A DNA stretch of 14,583 nucleotides from Candidatus Hodarchaeaceae archaeon (lineage in GTDB: Archaea; Hadarchaeota; Hadarchaeia; Hadarchaeales; Hadarchaeaceae), in NCBI GenBank assembly GCA_030018135.1, contig JASEGJ010000025.1, positions 1 through 14,583 of the forward strand, in the 5' to 3' direction. A model generated the notes under the pieces. That model was not told the origin of the DNA. It did no database searches and saw only the letters and a list, made by a program, of their open reading frames with translations. The position numbers and the translations under genes are program-made. Positions 13,604 to 14,583 of the stretch are shown one piece after another (within the stretch, counting starts at the first letter, position 1; each line of letters starts with the position of its first letter).

Positions 13604-13604
13604 C

Positions 13605-13612
13605 TTTTTTTT
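13605..13612 (+). terminator. Oligo-T (T8) archaeal-type terminator
   Basis: TTTTTTTT 2 nt after the 3' strand of the closing stem. Confidence 0.6.
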
Positions 13613-13646
13613 AGATTATCAGAAAAGCTCAAGTAGCTTCTAAGTT

Positions 13647-14545
13647 TTGAGTAAACTTATGATCGCTACCAGCGCTGGTTCCGGCAGGTACGAGGATATC
13701 GTCACCGCCTTAGGCAGATTGAAGCGAAAGCCCAGCAAAAGGTTGTTGTTGAAACCGAATCTAGTCGGAGGCGGCCTGGCGGCGACGCATGTCGATGCGG
13801 TCAGGGCGGTGTTGGATAGCATGGATGTGGATCTCATAGCCGAGGGCAGCAGCGTCGACACGTTTGGGCTTTATTCCATGCTCGGTTACAGAAAGTTGGC
13901 GCAGGAATATGGTGTGGACCTCGTCGACATAAATCGGACGGACGAGTGGAGGGAGATAGAATTCACCGCCATCGACGCACGCAAGGTTAAAGTCAGGGTC
14001 TCAGAGTTCTCGCGAAAGTGGAATGTAATTTCCTTAGCGTTGCCCAAAACCCACGACCACGCCATCGTCACGCTGACGCTCAAAAATATGTTGGGATTCG
14101 TGCACCCCCAGGATCGCGGATTGGTCCACGGCTACGCTGCCACCTTCGGTAAGTTGATGAGGATAGCGCCGTTGAGGAAGGTTGCCGCACGCCTCTCGAG
14201 GTTTAGGTCGCTTAGGCGGTTATATTCCTCCACGGAGGTCGAGGAAAGGGCGTATTTACTCGGCGCCAGAGTTGTCCATAAAAACATCGTGGCACGCTCA
14301 AGTTCGCGATGCCGAAGCTCGGCATAATAGATGGCTTCGTGGGCATGCAGGGAGAGGGACCAATCGGCGGCGAACCTGTTGAGTGGAACATGGCGATAGC
14401 TGGCAACCCAATCGAGTGCGATGTGTTTTGCGCTCACAAGATGGGTTTTGATCCAACGGATGTCGGGTACCTACACTACCTTAGGGCGCCAGGGATAGAC
14501 GAGATAAAAGTTGTGGGTGACGAAATCCCGGTGCCGTTCAAATAA
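13647..14545 (+). pseudogene. DUF362-family protein split by a 1-nt deletion; pseudogene or sequencing error
   Basis: LLKPNLV, THVDAVRAV, IAEGS and PKTHDHAIVTLTLKNMLG in the first frame; IIDGFVGMQGEGP and D...A..MGFDP..VGYL in the second. Adding one base at 14295/14296 (GCA C-G CTC) gives ...KNIVAxLKFAMPKLGIIDG... and a 299-aa protein. Start is TTG 13647 or ATG 13659. Confidence 0.8.
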
Positions 14546-14583
14546 AGACCTCCACCCAAGCTTCTAGCCCACCTGCCCCGCCG

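Noticed and set aside
13281-13604. 107-aa - strand ORF over the candidate RNA
   Set aside because: Ser/Pro/Arg-rich with no motif, and it crosses the TATA box; structure signals favour a + strand RNA.
14546-14583. Possible 3' end of a convergent gene at the window edge
   Set aside because: Too little sequence to choose a frame or support a call.

Overview
Archaeal chromosomal window; RadA, a multi-OB RPA and a PRC-barrel protein point to a euryarchaeal-type lineage, which cannot be resolved further from sequence alone. The + strand starts with an AT-rich promoter bracketed by two 18-bp palindromes. It is followed by an 88-aa Cas2/VapD-like protein, a CDC48/VCP AAA+ ATPase and a CdpB-like PRC-barrel protein. 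The ATPase carries two LAGLIDADG inteins at the equivalent site of its D1 and D2 domains, both with an atypical block B (SAxQ instead of TxxH). A - strand cluster follows: rpa, radA, a HAD phosphatase with a 1-nt frameshift, and a metallophosphoesterase. Next on the + strand are a polyferredoxin and a tungsten-family aldehyde:ferredoxin oxidoreductase. After these lies an unannotated ~230-nt GC-rich, extensively base-paired element with its own TATA box and T8 tract (candidate novel ncRNA), then a frameshifted DUF362-type gene. The strongest leads are the candidate ncRNA, the twin atypical inteins, and the palindrome-flanked promoter with its Cas2-like first gene.
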